64,000 nucleotides of DNA from Macrostomum hystrix (GCA_950097015.1 CATNEN010000002.1:4588001-4652000), one strand, 5' to 3'; shown: positions 1 to 13,516, counted from the first letter of the stretch. The notes: a model not told the origin generated them from the letters alone. Translations and numbers: made by a program.

Positions 1-3000
1 GAACTTCAGCCACAACACGCTCGCATGCCGCTTGCCAATCGCCGCCTGCTGCCATGGCAACCAATTTAAAATGGCGCAACAGTCGATACAGCCGAGTCAG
101 GTGATCCGGCAGGTGGGCCAGAAAGAAGCGCAACAGCAGGCGTTCGTCCGAGTCTTTCGGCGATCTGCCCGACGATGTCCAGTCGGTCAGGAGGCGGCGA
201 ATATCTTTGAATCGGCGACCGCGACCGCACAGGCGGGGCGGCAGGAGGCGAAACCGATCAGAGTCTACCACCTCCATGGCGGCGGTGGCTGCGGTGGCGG
301 CGGTGGCTGCGGTGGCGGCGGTGGTGGCTGCGGTGGCGGCGGTGGTGGCGGTGGTGGCGGCGGTGGCGGCGGTGGCTGTCTGTTGTTGGGGTGCCGTCGC
401 TGGCTGAAGCGGTTGCGGTGCCTTTGGCTTGCCAAACATCTCGGCCAAAGTGAGTTGCTTCTTTGCTTGCTGCTTTTTTGCTGGTAAATTTGCGACTCTG
501 AAAGTCATCGTGGAGGAAGGGGATTTCATTTAGAGCAGTTTCCCTGAGCCAAGATTCGAACTCCGAACTTCTCATTGTGTCACTCAGATTTTAAACGAGG
601 CTGTGGAATTACCACAAAATCGAAAGAAAAACTAGTTTATTGCATCTACCTTCCAGTTTTGCCAACAGATCCCTGTGCAAACGGCGCAGTTGTTGAATGA
701 CTAGAAGCAGCAGCAGCAGCGGCAGCAGCAGCAGGAAGTGCAGCAGCAGCAGCTGCAGTTCGATTTCTGCTGCCCTTCGGTCTGCCGCGAGCCTTCCGCA
801 GCGGCGGTGGCTGCGGCTGGGGTGGCTGCCTGGCGGGAAGCTGCTGCTGCAGGCGGCGCTGCTTCAGCCGCTCCTCAGCCCTGTAGGCGGAGTCCAGCTC
901 GGCTCGAATCTCCGGCGGCAGCGCGTCCAGACAGGACTGGCTCAACTGGGACGCGGCCGGCAGAGGCACCACCCGGTCACGGTCCCGGTCCCGATTTCGC
1001 AGCTGGGCACGAATCGCCGTTGCCATGGACTCGGGTAGGGCGGTTAGAAACTCTTCGTCGATTTGTTCCTGAGAGCCGACGGCGGTGAGAGCGGAGGAAA
1101 GATCGTAAATGGTGGCGTCCGCGGCGCCGGCGTCAACGCCATCGGATTCGTTCCCAACGGCGGAGGGATTGCTAATAAAGAGGATTTGGATGAGGTAAAT
1201 AGGATGAGTGGCGCAGTGGTTAGCACTCCAGCCTCTAGCCTCATTGTGTCACTCCTGTTATAGCTCATTGTGTCACTCCTGTTATAGCTCATTGTGTCAC
1301 TCCTGTTATAGCTCATTGTGTCACTCCTGTTATAGTCCATTGTGTCACTCCTGTTATAGCTCATTGTGTCACTCCTGTTATAGCTCATTGTGTCACTCCT
1401 GTTATAGCTCATTGTGTCACTCCTGTTATAGCTCATTGTGTCACTCCTGTTATAGCTCATTGTGTCACTCCTGTTATAGCTCATTGTGTCACTCCTGTTA
1501 TAGCCCATTGTGTCACTCCTGTTATAGCCCATTGTGTCACTCCTGTTATAGCTCATTGTGTCACTCCTGTTATAGCTCATTGTGTCACTCCTGTTATAGC
1601 TCATTGTGTCACTCCTGTTATAGCTAATAGTGTCACTCCTGTTATAGCCCATTGTGTCACTCCTGTTATAGCTCATTGTGTCACTCCTGTTATAGCTCAT
1701 TGTGTCACTCCTGTTATAGCTCATTGTGTCACTCCTGTTATAGCCCATTGTGTCACTCCTGTTATAGCTCATTGTGTCACTCCTGTTATAGCTCATTGTG
1801 TCACTCCTGTTATAGCTCATTGTGTCACTCCTGTTATAGCCCATTGTGTCACTCCTGTTATAGTCCATTGTGTCACTCCTGTTATAGCCCATTGTGTCAC
1901 TCCTGTTATAGCTCATTGTGTCACTCCTGTTATAGCTCATTGTGTCACTCCTGTTATAGCTCATTGTGTCACTCCTGATATAGCTTATTGTGTCACTCCT
2001 GTTATAGCTAATAGTGTCACTCCTGTTATAGCTCATTGTGTCACTCCTGTTATAGTCCATTGTGTCACTCCTGTTATAGCTCATTGTATCACTCCTGTTA
2101 TTGCTCATTGTGTCACTCCTGTTATAGCTCATTGTGTCACTCCTGTTATTGCTCATTGTGTCACTCCTGTTATAGCTCATTGTGTCACTCCTGTTATTGC
2201 TCATTGTGTCACTCCTGTTATAGCTCATTGTGTCACTCCTGTTATAGCTCATTGTGTCACTCCTGTTATAGCCCATTGTGTCACTCCTGTTATAGCTCAT
2301 TGTGTCACTCCTGTTATAGCTCATTGTGTCACTCCTGTTATAGCTCATTGTGTCACTCCTGTTATAGCCCATTGTGTCACTCCTGTTATAGCCCATTGTG
2401 TCACTCCTGTTATAGTCCATTGTGTCACTCCTGTTATAGCCCATTGTGTCACTCCTGTTATAGCTCATTGTGTCACTCCTGTTATAGCTCATTGTGTCAC
2501 TCCTGTTATAGCTCATTGTGTCACTCCTGATATAGCTTATTGTGTCACTCCTGTTATAGCTAATAGTGTCACTCCTGTTATAGCTCATTGTGTCACTCCT
2601 GTTATAGTCCATTGTGTCACTCCTGTTATAGCTCATTGTATCACTCCTGTTATTGCTCATTGTGTCACTCCTGTTATAGCTCATTGTGTCACTCCTGTTA
2701 TTGCTCATTGTGTCACTCCTGTTATAGCTCATTGTGTCACTCCTGTTATTGCTCATTGTGTCACTCCTGTTATAGCTCATTGTGTCACTCCTGTTATAGC
2801 TCATTGTGTCACTCCTGTTATAGCCCATTGTGTCACTCCTGTTATAGCTCATTGTGTCACTCCTGTTATAGCTCATTGTGTCACTCCTGTTATAGCCCAT
2901 TGTGTCAGTCCATTTGTAGTTCAGCTTATAAAAGTAAAGCATATGTAGAATATGTTTCAATACACGTAAACAATGCCAGTGTGTTACGACAGTGTTTATG

Positions 3001-6000
3001 AAGCGGTAACATCAGCAGCAGCAGTGCAATGTAAGTGATGAAATTTCAAGCCACTAGTTATCGTATGTGCCAGGCTTCACACGCAGATCGAATTTCCGGT
3101 TTTAAAAGCGACAAGCTTTCGCAATGACTTCTGCTTCTCAGTTTTGTTTAAATGCGCTACAGACAGATTTCACATATGGCCAAGATTGAAATGCCACACC
3201 TAGTCAGCAGCATAAACTAACAGCCACAAAAACTGCGGCAGGAATAATATCAGAAAAGTCAATCAATCAAAAACAGCAGAGCGGCCAAAATTGACCGGAA
3301 GTGACAAAAGTAGCAACAACAGACAGGAACAACAGATTTGAAACGTGCTATATTCTTGCGCGCACTCACGGGTCATCACCGCTAGCTGGAATGTACGTGC
3401 CCGGCGCCTGGCCGTCATCACTGCCCGCAGCCTCTTGCGTCAGTTCGTCATCTTCGTTGATTACGAAAATTTGCGCCCTACCAGACAACTGGCCACCGAA
3501 AGCTGCGTCGAACTTGGCGCTGGAAGAACTGACTGAAGCGACGCCAAATGAGTTACTAACGCTGGACAAACTACTGGAATTAACAACCGATGATTTACCG
3601 GAAGTGACACCCGACGATCTACCAGAAGTGGCAGTCGACGATTTAATGGAAATGAAGCGAGACGAACAACCAGAAGTGACGTCTGACGAACAACCAGAAG
3701 TGACGCCGGACGTACTACCGGAAGTGACGTCTGACGAACTACCAGAAGTGACGCCGGACGAACTACCGGAAGTGACGCCGGACGAACTACCGGAAGTGAC
3801 GCCGGACGAACTACCGGAAGTGACGCCGGACGAACTACCGGAAGTAGCAGCCGGCGGTTTATCGAAAGTGACGCCGGATGAACTACCGGAAGAAACACCA
3901 AAGAAGTTGCTAGTAATTCGCGATCCAGATGAACCCCCGGAACTTGCATCCGATTTCGGACTGAAGATTTTTCCTGAAGCTGATGGACCAGGAGCGGCTG
4001 ATGCGGAGCCACGAGCGGAGAACGGATCGATGGGGCGAGCGAATCGGCTAATGTCCATGGACCGGGTCGACCCACTTCCGGCCGCAGAGCCAGCGGATGC
4101 GGCAGCCGGGACCAGTCTGGTCATGTGGATGCCCAGGCCTCGCATGTCTTGTGGAGCAAGTCGGAGCTGGCGAACAATGATCATGCACTCCTGCAGCAGC
4201 AACCTGGCATCGTCGGTGTCCAGCGGCAGTGCGACACTCTTGTTGACGGTGTTGCAGACGCCGTGGCCTCCGAATTTCGCCGTCTCCTGCGGCGCATCGG
4301 GTCGGCGCATCATGGCCTGGCAAAGTTTTGAATGCAAAATGCCAAAAAACTCGCTTTTCTATTGTCCACAGTAGAGCGAGGAGAATATGATGACTTAAAA
4401 ATTATAGAAACTAGAAGTCTAAAGAATCTCACCTTAAAGTGCATGGCCCGCCCACGCACTTTAGCGGCCCGCATTCGGGTCTGCAGCTCGCGGCAAAGGC
4501 CGCCTAGGAATGCTTCACAATCGGCCATTGTCTGGAAGCGCACGCCGTAGTTGATCTCGGCGGAGATTGACTTGCGCTCCCGATCGGCCACAACGGGCCT
4601 GTCGTCGCGTCCGTTGGCCGCTTCAAGCAGGTTCTGCGCCATCCGCGGGCCCACCTCGCGGCTGAGAGTTGTCAGCGGGACACCGCGGAGCTGGCCGCAG
4701 GTGGCGCAGCCGAGACTGGCGAGGCGGGCTTCAAGGGAGCGGCCAACGCCAGGCAGTTCACGAACTGGAAGGTCGCGCAGCAGACTGGCGATGTCGTCCG
4801 GGTCAAGCAGGACGCACTGACCGTCTGGTTTGGCGCGCTTGGTGGCAAGGCGAGCTACCAGCTGATTGGGTCCGATGCCGCAGCTGGTGAAATTCGGGGG
4901 AAGGGCGGCCCGTTGATGAGAATCAGAAAGTGCCACCCGAAAAGAACAAAACAGATGGCCTGAAGGGGAGAGCGACACTAACTGGAAGGCCTGAAGGGGA
5001 GAGCGACACTAACTGGAAGGCCTGAAGGGGAGAGCGACACTAACTGGAAGGCCTGAAAGGGAAAGGGACACTAACTGGAAGGCCTGAAGGGGAGAGCGAC
5101 ACTAATTGGAAGGCCTGAGGGGGAGAGTGGTACTTTAAAGAGCCTGAAAGGGGAGAGCGGCACTCTCATGGAAGCATGTAAAAGCGCAATTCTCACCTGG
5201 CAGAGCAGCCAGTTCTGTCTTGCACCTCCTTCCGCAGCAGCCTGGCCAGCTGTTCGGGGCTGGCTCCGCTGTCGCGGAGCAGCTGGTCACAGTCGGCGTA
5301 CAGTTCATCGCAGCTGACAGCCCGGAGGCAGTGAGTGAACTCGCCAAGCAGACCGTAGAGCTGCTTGGAGACGGTTTCGTAGGCTTCGAAATCGTAGGGC
5401 ACGGTGACCAGGTCCGGGCAGAGCTCCCGGGCGCGGCCAAGGAGCATGCCGTTGCGGACGCCAAACGAGCGAGCGGCGTAGCTGCAGGAGGCCACCTCCG
5501 ACCAGGACTGGTGAAGGGAGCCGCTGCTGCTCTTCTCGGCTCTAGAAGGATGGGATTTGATAATTGAAGGATGGGATTTGATAATTGAAGAATGGCATTT
5601 GACCATTGAAGGATGGGATTTGACAATTGAAGGATGGGATTTGATGATTGAAGGATGGGAAATTGAAGGATGGGGTATGAAAATTGAAGGATGGGATTTG
5701 ACAATTGAAGGTTAGGATTTAATTATTAAAGGTTAGGATTTGACAATTAAAGGCTGGGATTTGAGAATTGTAGGATTGACTATGGGGAAGTGTACATGAG
5801 ATAGAGTGAGACGAGACACATAGCGATGAGACAGGCGAGAGATAAGACAAAAGAGAGATGAGACAGGTGAGAGATAAGACAAAAGAGAGATAAGACAGGT
5901 GAGAGATAAGACAGGGGAGAGATAAGACAGGGGAGAGATAAGACAGGGGAGAGATAAGACAGGGGAGAGATAAGACAGGGGAGAGATAAGACAGGGGAGA

Positions 6001-8147
6001 GATGAGACAGGGGAGAGATGAGACAGGGGAGAGATGAGACAGGGGAGAGATGAGACAGGGGAGAGATGAGACAGGGGAGAGATGAGACAGGGGAGAGATG
6101 AGACAGGGGAGAGATGAGACAGGGGAGAGATGAGACAGGGGAGAGATGAGACAGGGGAGAGATGAGACAGGGGAGAGATGAGACAGGGGAGAGATAAATC
6201 AGTTGTGGGCAAACAGGTCCTAAATCTCGCGCACGCCATGGTAACTCACGCTGCGCTGTACTGCCGCATCTCCCACTCGGGATCCGCGCCCCGCTTGGCC
6301 CTGCCGCTGGCAGCTGAGCTCGCTGACGACCCCGCTGCCGCTGCATTTGAGGCGTGCGACACCGCCACAGGCTTACCGCGGAGCTCCGGCCTAGTCAACA
6401 GCGCCACCGAGGCAAAGAAGCAGTCCATGTCGATGTGCATGACAACGTGCTGAGACTGAGCTGCTCCGCTACTTTCAGCTTCAACGAGAGCCCGCAGTCG
6501 TTGAAGGCCGGGAAACTGCAGACCATCGTCAATGTGCTTAGACCTCATGTCCAGCACAAACTGGCGGGCTTTGTTGGCCCAGCTGGAGATGTGATGCAGG
6601 CGGCTATTGGCATAGAACTGCTCAATGTACTCAGGCCGGCCCATGGCCGCAGCCGACGGAGCAGGCGGATTCGGCGCTTCCTGTCCGATGCGAAGGCGAT
6701 AGGGCGACTCGGCGAGGCGTCTGCCGGCACTCAGACTGTCCGTGATCCAGCGAGGCGTCACTACGATGTTGTCTGACTTCAGCGACTTCAGCTTGCTGCT
6801 GGCTAGCTGGGACGCGATGGTGTGGGTGACCTCAGACCGGCTGTAGTAGTGCGCGTATCTGAAAGTAGGAATATGTGCGATTCTATGTACATTTCTAGCT
6901 GCGATTCTATGTACGTTTTTTGCTGCGATTCTAGATACCATTCTTGCTGCGATTCAATGTACGTTTTATGATGCGATTCTAGATACCATTCTTGCTGCGA
7001 TTCAATGTACGTTTTATGATGCGATTCTAGATACCATTCTTGCTGCGATTCTATGTACGTTTCTTGCTGCGATTCTATGTACGTTTCTTGCTGCGATTCT
7101 ATGTAAGTTTCTTGCTGCGATTCTAGGTACGATTCTTGCTGCGATTCTATGTACGTTTCTTGCTGCGATTCTAGGTACGTTTCTTGCTGCGATTCTATGT
7201 AAGTTTCTTGCTGCGATTCTAGGTACGATTCTTGCTGCGATTCTATGTACGTTTCTTGCTGCGATTCTATGTACGTTTCTTGCTGCGATTCTATGTATAT
7301 TTTTAGATATTAATTCTGCTGTGATTCAATGCGCATTTCTTGCTGCGATTCTTGATAAGCTTGTGAGATTCTAGATATGACATTTTGATTCGATTCTATG
7401 TACGTTTCTTGTTGCGATTCTAGGTACGATTCTTGCTGCGATTCTAGATACGATTCCACCAGCTATTCTAGGTACGATTCTTGCTGCGATTCTAGTACGC
7501 TTATTGCTGTGAATTTAGATTCGATCCTAGGTGCGATTCTTACTTCGATTCTATGTACGTTTCATGAAGTTAATCTAGATACTATTCTTGCTGCGATTCT
7601 AGATACGATTCTTGCTGCGATCTATGTACGTTTATTGCTGCGATTCTAGATACGATTCCAGCAGCTATTCTAGGTAAGATTGTTGATACGATTCTTGCTG
7701 CGATTCTAGGTAAGATATGAACCGGAATTCTAGAGACGATTCTTGTTTCGATTTGGGTACGCTTAAAGATATAAGTCGTTCGCTGCAAATTCGAGAATTG
7801 ATTCTTGCTGCGATATTCTAGCTACGATTCCCTCATTCGATACCATCTAGAGTTGCAGCCCAGCGGCGCCAGACGAACCTGCCTCCGTGCTTCTGCATGA
7901 TGCGCTTCAATTCGTGCGCCGGCGGCTCCGTGTAGCCGTCCACGTGGATGCAGACGCCGGCGAATATCGCCCCAACATCATCGCCGGACTGTCGCCCTGC
8001 CTCGGTCGATTCCTCGTCGAAGGAATCTTCCAGTTCGAACTGGGCGGCGAGCTTGCTGCGCTTGGCCTCCATGTAGCCGCCGAACTCGCCCCAGCCATTG
8101 TCGGAGGCGCCACCGCCGCCACCTCGACGCCTGCCTCCGCGAGACAT
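1..8147 (-). CDS. REV1: DNA repair protein REV1 (Y-family deoxycytidyl transferase), 7 exons, 3' end beyond window start
   Basis: Phase-consistent GT-AG exons: 8147-7879, 6858-6250, 5541-5197, 4883-4433, 4316-3370, 1171-650, 497-<1. BRCT domain (IFAGVCIHVDGYTEPPAHELKRIMQKHGGR|YAHYYSRSEVTH). Y-family motifs HIDMDCFF, EVASCSYAAR, SCDE, GIGPNQLVARLAT, RKSISAEINYG, ETAKFGGHG. UBM-like segments (IDEEFLTALPE, LDALPPEIRAEL). C-terminal domain (DIRRLLTDW...DWQAACERVVAEV). Confidence 0.96.
1244..2906. repeat. 24-bp minisatellite (CTCATTGTGTCACTCCTGTTATAG)n filling a REV1 intron, about 69 units
   Basis: Directly visible tandem array; produces the spurious YNRSDTMS and LCHSCYSS ORFs. Confidence 0.97.
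3595..3890 (-). repeat. Coding 24-bp tandem repeat inside REV1 exon 5, encoding (SSGVTSGS)n
   Basis: Plus-strand unit GAAGTGACGCCGGACGAACTACCG lies in frame within exon 4316-3370. Confidence 0.88.
4957..5160. repeat. 31-bp minisatellite (GGCCTGAAGGGGAGAGCGACACTAACTGGAA)n in a REV1 intron
   Basis: About 6 tandem units seen. Confidence 0.9.
5546..5780. repeat. 21-bp minisatellite (GAAGGATGGGATTTGACAATT)n in REV1 intron 2
   Basis: About 11 degenerate units abutting the 3' splice site. Confidence 0.88.
5825..6196. repeat. 16-bp purine-rich minisatellite (GAGATGAGACAGGGGA)n in REV1 intron 2
   Basis: About 22 units; core related to the 32.8-34.4 kb array in reverse orientation. Confidence 0.93.
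6880..7832. repeat. 24-bp minisatellite (TGCTGCGATTCTATGTACGTTTCT)n filling REV1 intron 1
   Basis: Tandem array, more degenerate toward 7800. Confidence 0.92.
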
Positions 8148-8461
8148 TTCGGGATCACAGTGCTTTTTTTCAACTATAGACCGAGGCTTTGTGATTCGAA
8201 GGGATTGACTATTGTGATTCGCTGCGACTGAAATTGTATTTCAGTTGGCCTTACAATTATTTATTTGCCACTTGCGCAAGTATATTGACTATGAAAACAA
8301 GTGTCAAAATCAATACTTTACTATGTTACAGCCTCTTGTTAGGCTAGGTCACTGGAGTCACTTGAACTACAGGTCAAAGGTAAGCACTATTCAATGAAGA
8401 ATAGGCATTGAGTGTACATAGCTTGACATTTTAAAATTAAGGTCACCCTTATATAGGGTTC

Positions 8462-8702
8462 ATAGGTCAGACATAGAGGTCAAAGAAGGTCAGACATAGG
8501 GCTTAAAGAAGGTCAGACATAGGGGTCAAAGAAGGTCAGCCATAGGGTTCAAAGAAGGTCAGACATAGGGTTCAAAGAAGGTCAGACATAGGGTTCAAAG
8601 AAAGTCAGACATAGGGTTCAAAGAAGGTCAGACATAGAGTTCAAAGAAGGTCAGACATAGGGTTCAAAGAAGGTCAGACATAGGGTTTAAAGAAGGTCAG
8701 AC
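8462..8702. repeat. 23-bp minisatellite (GGTCAGACATAGGGTTCAAAGAA)n upstream of REV1
   Basis: About 10 tandem units. Confidence 0.9.
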
Positions 8703-9904
8703 TCAAAGAATACAGTTAGGTTGGTCATTGGTCATTGCATGTCACTGACTGATCAAAGGAACAATCAAGGTCAAGCATAACGCCACAGGTAAAGATCAGG
8801 CTTTAGAAGCACAATGGAGGTCAATGTCTAATGAAAAAAAATGAAGATTCTGGATTAAAGAGACAAAGGTCAGGGTAGGAACAAAATATCAATACTAGAG
8901 GGTACAATGAAGGTCAGGAAATAATAAAACCACAATGAAAATTAGTCTAAACTTGATAATCAAACACGAAAATGAAAGGAAAATCGACTAAAGCAGCAGG
9001 GTCCAAAATGCAACTCTGCTTTCAAAGCTATTTTTTGCTTCTCAAGTAAAAAATATCTCGTCACTGAGTCGTCAGGTTAAACTGGACAGCGTAGGCCCAA
9101 AGTGCCCTGCTCCCAATTCTATTTGTTTATTTTTTATAGGTTTTCACCGTTGTGTAGGCAAACACTGCTTGAAAAAACAATTATAAATAACTAATGCCTC
9201 AAGCACACATCTCAAATTTGAGAAGTGCTCACACTAATATACACTAAAGTCAGTAAATTTTAATTATAGCGGCACGATATTCAAGGTAACTCAGAAATTC
9301 TTAAATTTCGCTTGACCTAATAAAGTATCAAAGAGATGGCAAAATAACTAGAATGTACTTTTAACTGAACAAGCTACAGAGGCAGGGCATTAGAAATCTC
9401 ATTGCTGCCAAAATCAACAATGACATATTTGTATGCGATCCTAGCATACACGCTGAAAATACTACTTAATAGTAGAGCGATGAGTTAGTAGCGATTTCAA
9501 GCGATGACAATGGCAAATGTAAGCCAATCATTTGTAATAATAAACACAACAGAGCTGACACTACCATCTGATTAGCAAATAATTTGATCCTAGCATTCAA
9601 CAAAACATTAAAAGTGGACAAGCGCATAGAAAATAGCTGTTAATTTGTCCCGGCAATCGGGCATTATCAAAGAGTTGTTGGAATCGAATCTGATTTCAGC
9701 GCTATTTCGGGATGCACTAGACAGAAAAAATATTACCTTTATATTCTGATGCATTTATAGCTAATTCTAACAGAAAAATATTACCTGAATATGTTTTATC
9801 GACTTTTAAAATAGAATTTTTTACCTATGCCACTAAATAACCAAATTATGTGACGAAAAACCTTTCAATAGATTAATTTTTCACCTATTTAGGGTGTATA
9901 GATG

Positions 9905-10190
9905 TGAGAATCTCACCCTATCTAGGGTACAGAGATCTGAGAATCTCACCCCATCTAGGGTACAGAGATCTGAGAATCTCACCCCATCTAGGGTACAGAG
10001 ATCTCAGAATCTCATCCCATCTAGGGTACAGGGATCTCAGAATCTCATCCCATCTAGGGTACAGAGATCTCAGAATCTCATCCCATCTAGGGTACAGAGA
10101 TCTCAGAATCTCACCCATCTAGGGTACAGAGATCTCAGAATCTCATCCCATCTAGGGTACAGAGATCTCAGAATCTCACCCATCTAGGGT
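9905..10190. repeat. 33-bp minisatellite (GAATCTCACCCCATCTAGGGTACAGAGATCTCA)n downstream of TOMM40
   Basis: About 8.5 tandem units. Confidence 0.92.
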
Positions 10191-10367
10191 TAAGTTATTT
10201 TAAAATGTCACCCCATATGGAGTAAAGAGATTTAAAAATCTCACCCACAAAGATTTTTGATTCATATAAATGGAGCTATCTAGTAAGACAGTTACATTCG
10301 GCAAAATACTAGCCGCAAACACCCACAGAAATTAGCCAGATAAGTCATCGAGTTGCAGGTTAACGGA

Positions 10368-11760
10368 TCACTGGAACACCAGGCCAATGCCAAAGCGGTA
10401 CTGATGTTTCACCTGATGCGCGATGCCACTCAGAGCGAAGGTGAATGGAAACGGCGCCAGTTTCTTTTCCATGGTGGCAGCCACCACCCATTCAGTGTCG
10501 ATGCGAGCCTTGAAGGTGAAGCCGCTGCGAGGCATATCCCAATGGTAGCCGATATTGGCTAGAGAAGCTCGCTGACTCAAATCAATCTCCCAGTCAGAGA
10601 CCAGGTGCAGCTCGTTAGTAAGCTTCCGCATGTAGGAAGCGTGCACACTGCCGTGCATTGGCGTGGCTGACAGGTTCAACTGCCAGTTGTCGCCAGCTAG
10701 GCGAGCTCCGAGACCCAGTACGGTGCTGTAGCCGCCCGGAATGCGCGGATTGCAGCCAACAATGGCTAGGCCACCAATGGCATGTTTGCCGTAAACTGTG
10801 TGCATGTAGTCAGCCACGAATGTGCCACTGCGCTGCTCCAGATCAATGTTGGCCATTGTTACAGCCAGATTAGCCCTGGGCCAACGGAATTCGTTAGTTA
10901 GCTGGGTGGCCAAGTTCTTGCCCTGCTTCAGCTGGGTCACCAGTTTAACTCGCCACTGCTCCTTCGGCTGGTGAATGATTTGGCCGTTCAAGTCGCCACC
11001 AGAAGGACTGAATTCTCCAAGCAGGATGGGATAAACCTCCGACTCTGAGTACTTCTTGGTGCCAACGAATGTGATGCCGTACTTGTAACCCGACAGAGAC
11101 GGGTCCGCGCTGCTCATCACCACAGTGTGCGAGGCCTGGCATGGCGGCGATGAATGAATGACCAAATTAATGACCAGCTAGTGTGGATTTTGAATGACCA
11201 ACTAGTGTGGATAGTGTATGACCAACTAGTGTGGATAGTGTATGACCAACTAGTGTGGATAGTGAATGACCAACTAATCTGGATATTGAATTACCAACTA
11301 ATCTGGATATTGAATGACCAACTAATCTGGATAGTGAATGACCAACTAATCTGGATAGTGAATGACCTACTAGACCAGATATTCAATGAACATAAAAAGC
11401 AGCGACAATGAGGAAAAAATTGAGCAAAAATTAAAACAGAATGTAACAAACCTGAAAGTGATTACTCAAAGGCTTGTTGACAACCAATTTGCCACCATCA
11501 AATGGTGTTGGGAACATGTCCTTGACGCGATTGTGCAATGCCTCATTAGTACCGGGGTTCTGAGAATATTTGTCCTCAGGCACTGGGGCTGACAGCTGCT
11601 GTGAGTTGGGGGACAGAGAATCTCCAAAATTGCCTCCAGCTATGTCAGAGTCTGGAGCTGAAGTCTTTGGCACAAGATTGACACCACCAATATCGCCAGA
11701 CGCTGGTGAAGGACTAGAAATTGCCGACTGCTGCTGAATTGTACTGGCTGAGTTGCCCAT
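10368..11760 (-). CDS. TOMM40: Mitochondrial import channel TOM40, 2 exons
   Basis: Exons 11760-11452 and 11135-10368, phase 0. MGN start; FDGGKLVVNKPLSNHFQ|ASHTVVM; GYKYGITFVG; SGGDLNGQIIHQ; C-terminal MEKKLAPFPFTFALSG...YRFGIGLVFQ* fits the Tom40 porin barrel. Confidence 0.95.
11155..11385. repeat. 24-bp minisatellite (GAATGACCAACTAGTGTGGATAGT)n in the TOMM40 intron
   Basis: About 9 units. Confidence 0.88.
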
Positions 11761-13516
11761 TTTGTTTACTGTCTGTCTGGTTGAGCCGTTACTTATTAAT
11801 TATATTAATAAATCGGTTAAACTTCTTGTATGTACTAGTAGAAATGCAAGAGACTGAAAAATGAGGATTAAGAACTATTTCTTATAATACATTATTTCAA
11901 ATGTCACTATTTAAATCATTTTTTGGCACTTTCAAATGCCACGGAGCATGTTTATTATAGTTATCTTTGCACTTTTATGACTAAAACATTCCTCACTATA
12001 CCTATTAATTGGTGTTTTGGCCAATTCTGCTTTACAGTGACATTGCTTAAAAATGAACATTGAAGGTCATGAACATGAATACTGGGACCTTAGCATACAA
12101 CAAGTCACATAAAAATAAGATAATATATTGTACTACTATGATTCAACAAGACAAAGACTTCCAGTGAGATATTATCAATTAAAATGATTTATTTTCAGAT
12201 GTAAGATTGCAACTATAAACAATCATAGGCCTAGCTAATCCAAAAAGTAATTTTAAGAAGCATATATGCATTTGTATTGTTTATTGCTAGCAGTTTAGTA
12301 TTAATTCTTGTTTTACCTTAACGAGTTATCTAGTTTGTTGTTTGGACAGCAGCTTTGCATTAACTAATAGTAGAGCTAGACTGCTAGACAGGTTTATTTT
12401 TTCACTAACTAACTAACTAACTAACTTACTAACTAACTAACTAACTAATAGTAGAGCTAGACTGCTAGACAGGTTTATTTTTCACTGGGTTAATGCTTTT
12501 AATGCTTGACATATTTTTGATGTGTTGTTTTTGAGCATGTTGCTAAGCATATCATTGAAATCATTAAAAGTCAATGTAAAAATGGGCTAACTTGTACCCA
12601 TTTATAATCATATAGTTCAGAATTCGGGTCAGTCATGGACTGGAGCTGCTACAAATGCAGGAGAAAATATATTTTATGAGTATAGTCTACTCAGACGTAA
12701 TATATCTAAAAATCTGTCACTTTGGTTCGAAACATTATATTGTTTCTTTTAGTTCGCTTATAAATTTTTGCTTTTGGAACTAAACTGGGAACTGAAAAAA
12801 ACCAGTCATACAAAAGCATTGAATAAAGTTAAGAGGCACCAAGACTTTTGAAATAACATTTTTGTGTCCGAATTTCCATGAAGTAAAAAATTAACAAAAA
12901 CATGTTCGAAACTTCTTTCCAAATTCGTGAATACTTTTTAATGATAACGAAAAAAATTGCGTTTCTATTTAAAAATTTAAATCTTTCTTGTGACGATCAC
13001 AGTTTTAAATATTTTTCGTGGATTTAATAAAATCTCACTTCGTGCATGCAATTAAGCTCACAGACACAATCGTTGGCACTTGTAAACACTGCAAAAATTT
13101 CATTTTCGAAATCATCTTAACAAGTCATTACACTTATGTTTATATTTTAAAAAACAAAATGCAGAAAAATTATTACGGATTGTCATTGCTTGACCATAAT
13201 TTATTAATAATTTTAATTTCTTTCATTGCAATTTGCTGTATTCAACTTTTTAGATATTCTATTGCTCAAAGTAAAAACAGATAGTCCTTGGCCAAAATAA
13301 TAGTCAAAGAGTTTTATCAAGTCTGAGTTTGCACTAGACCAGTAAAATGTACGCTTATATGATGAGGTACGGATTAATAATTGTTCTCATATAAAATATA
13401 CAATATAACTGACTCACAAGTCCATTTCGAATTTTGGTTAAAATCGAAGTCTATTTGAGTAAAAAAGTTGGCTTTCATTATTTAGACAAAAGAGTAAAAG
13501 TTTTAGGAGTTAAGAT

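Noticed and set aside
258-575. His/Arg-rich ORF (HRRHRRHH) and the overlapping poly-Gly ORF
   Set aside because: Alternative frames of the GCC/ACC run in the last REV1 exon; the frame continuous with the REV1 C-terminal domain is Ala/Thr.
1244-2906. CRISPR-like appearance of this and the other 24-33-bp arrays
   Set aside because: Units are head-to-tail with no unique spacers, there are no cas genes, and the context is eukaryotic.
1044-2960. 638-aa ORF (YNRSDTMS)n and the plus-strand LCHSCYSS ORFs
   Set aside because: Stop-free translation of an intronic 24-bp minisatellite; REV1 splices across it in phase.
3301-4374. 357-aa plus-strand ORF with EVTPDELP repeats
   Set aside because: Antisense shadow of REV1 exon 5; no independent homology or splice signals.
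12361-12486. ~45-bp direct repeat flanking a (TAAC)n microsatellite
   Set aside because: Explained by simple slippage duplication; (TAAC)n is not telomeric.
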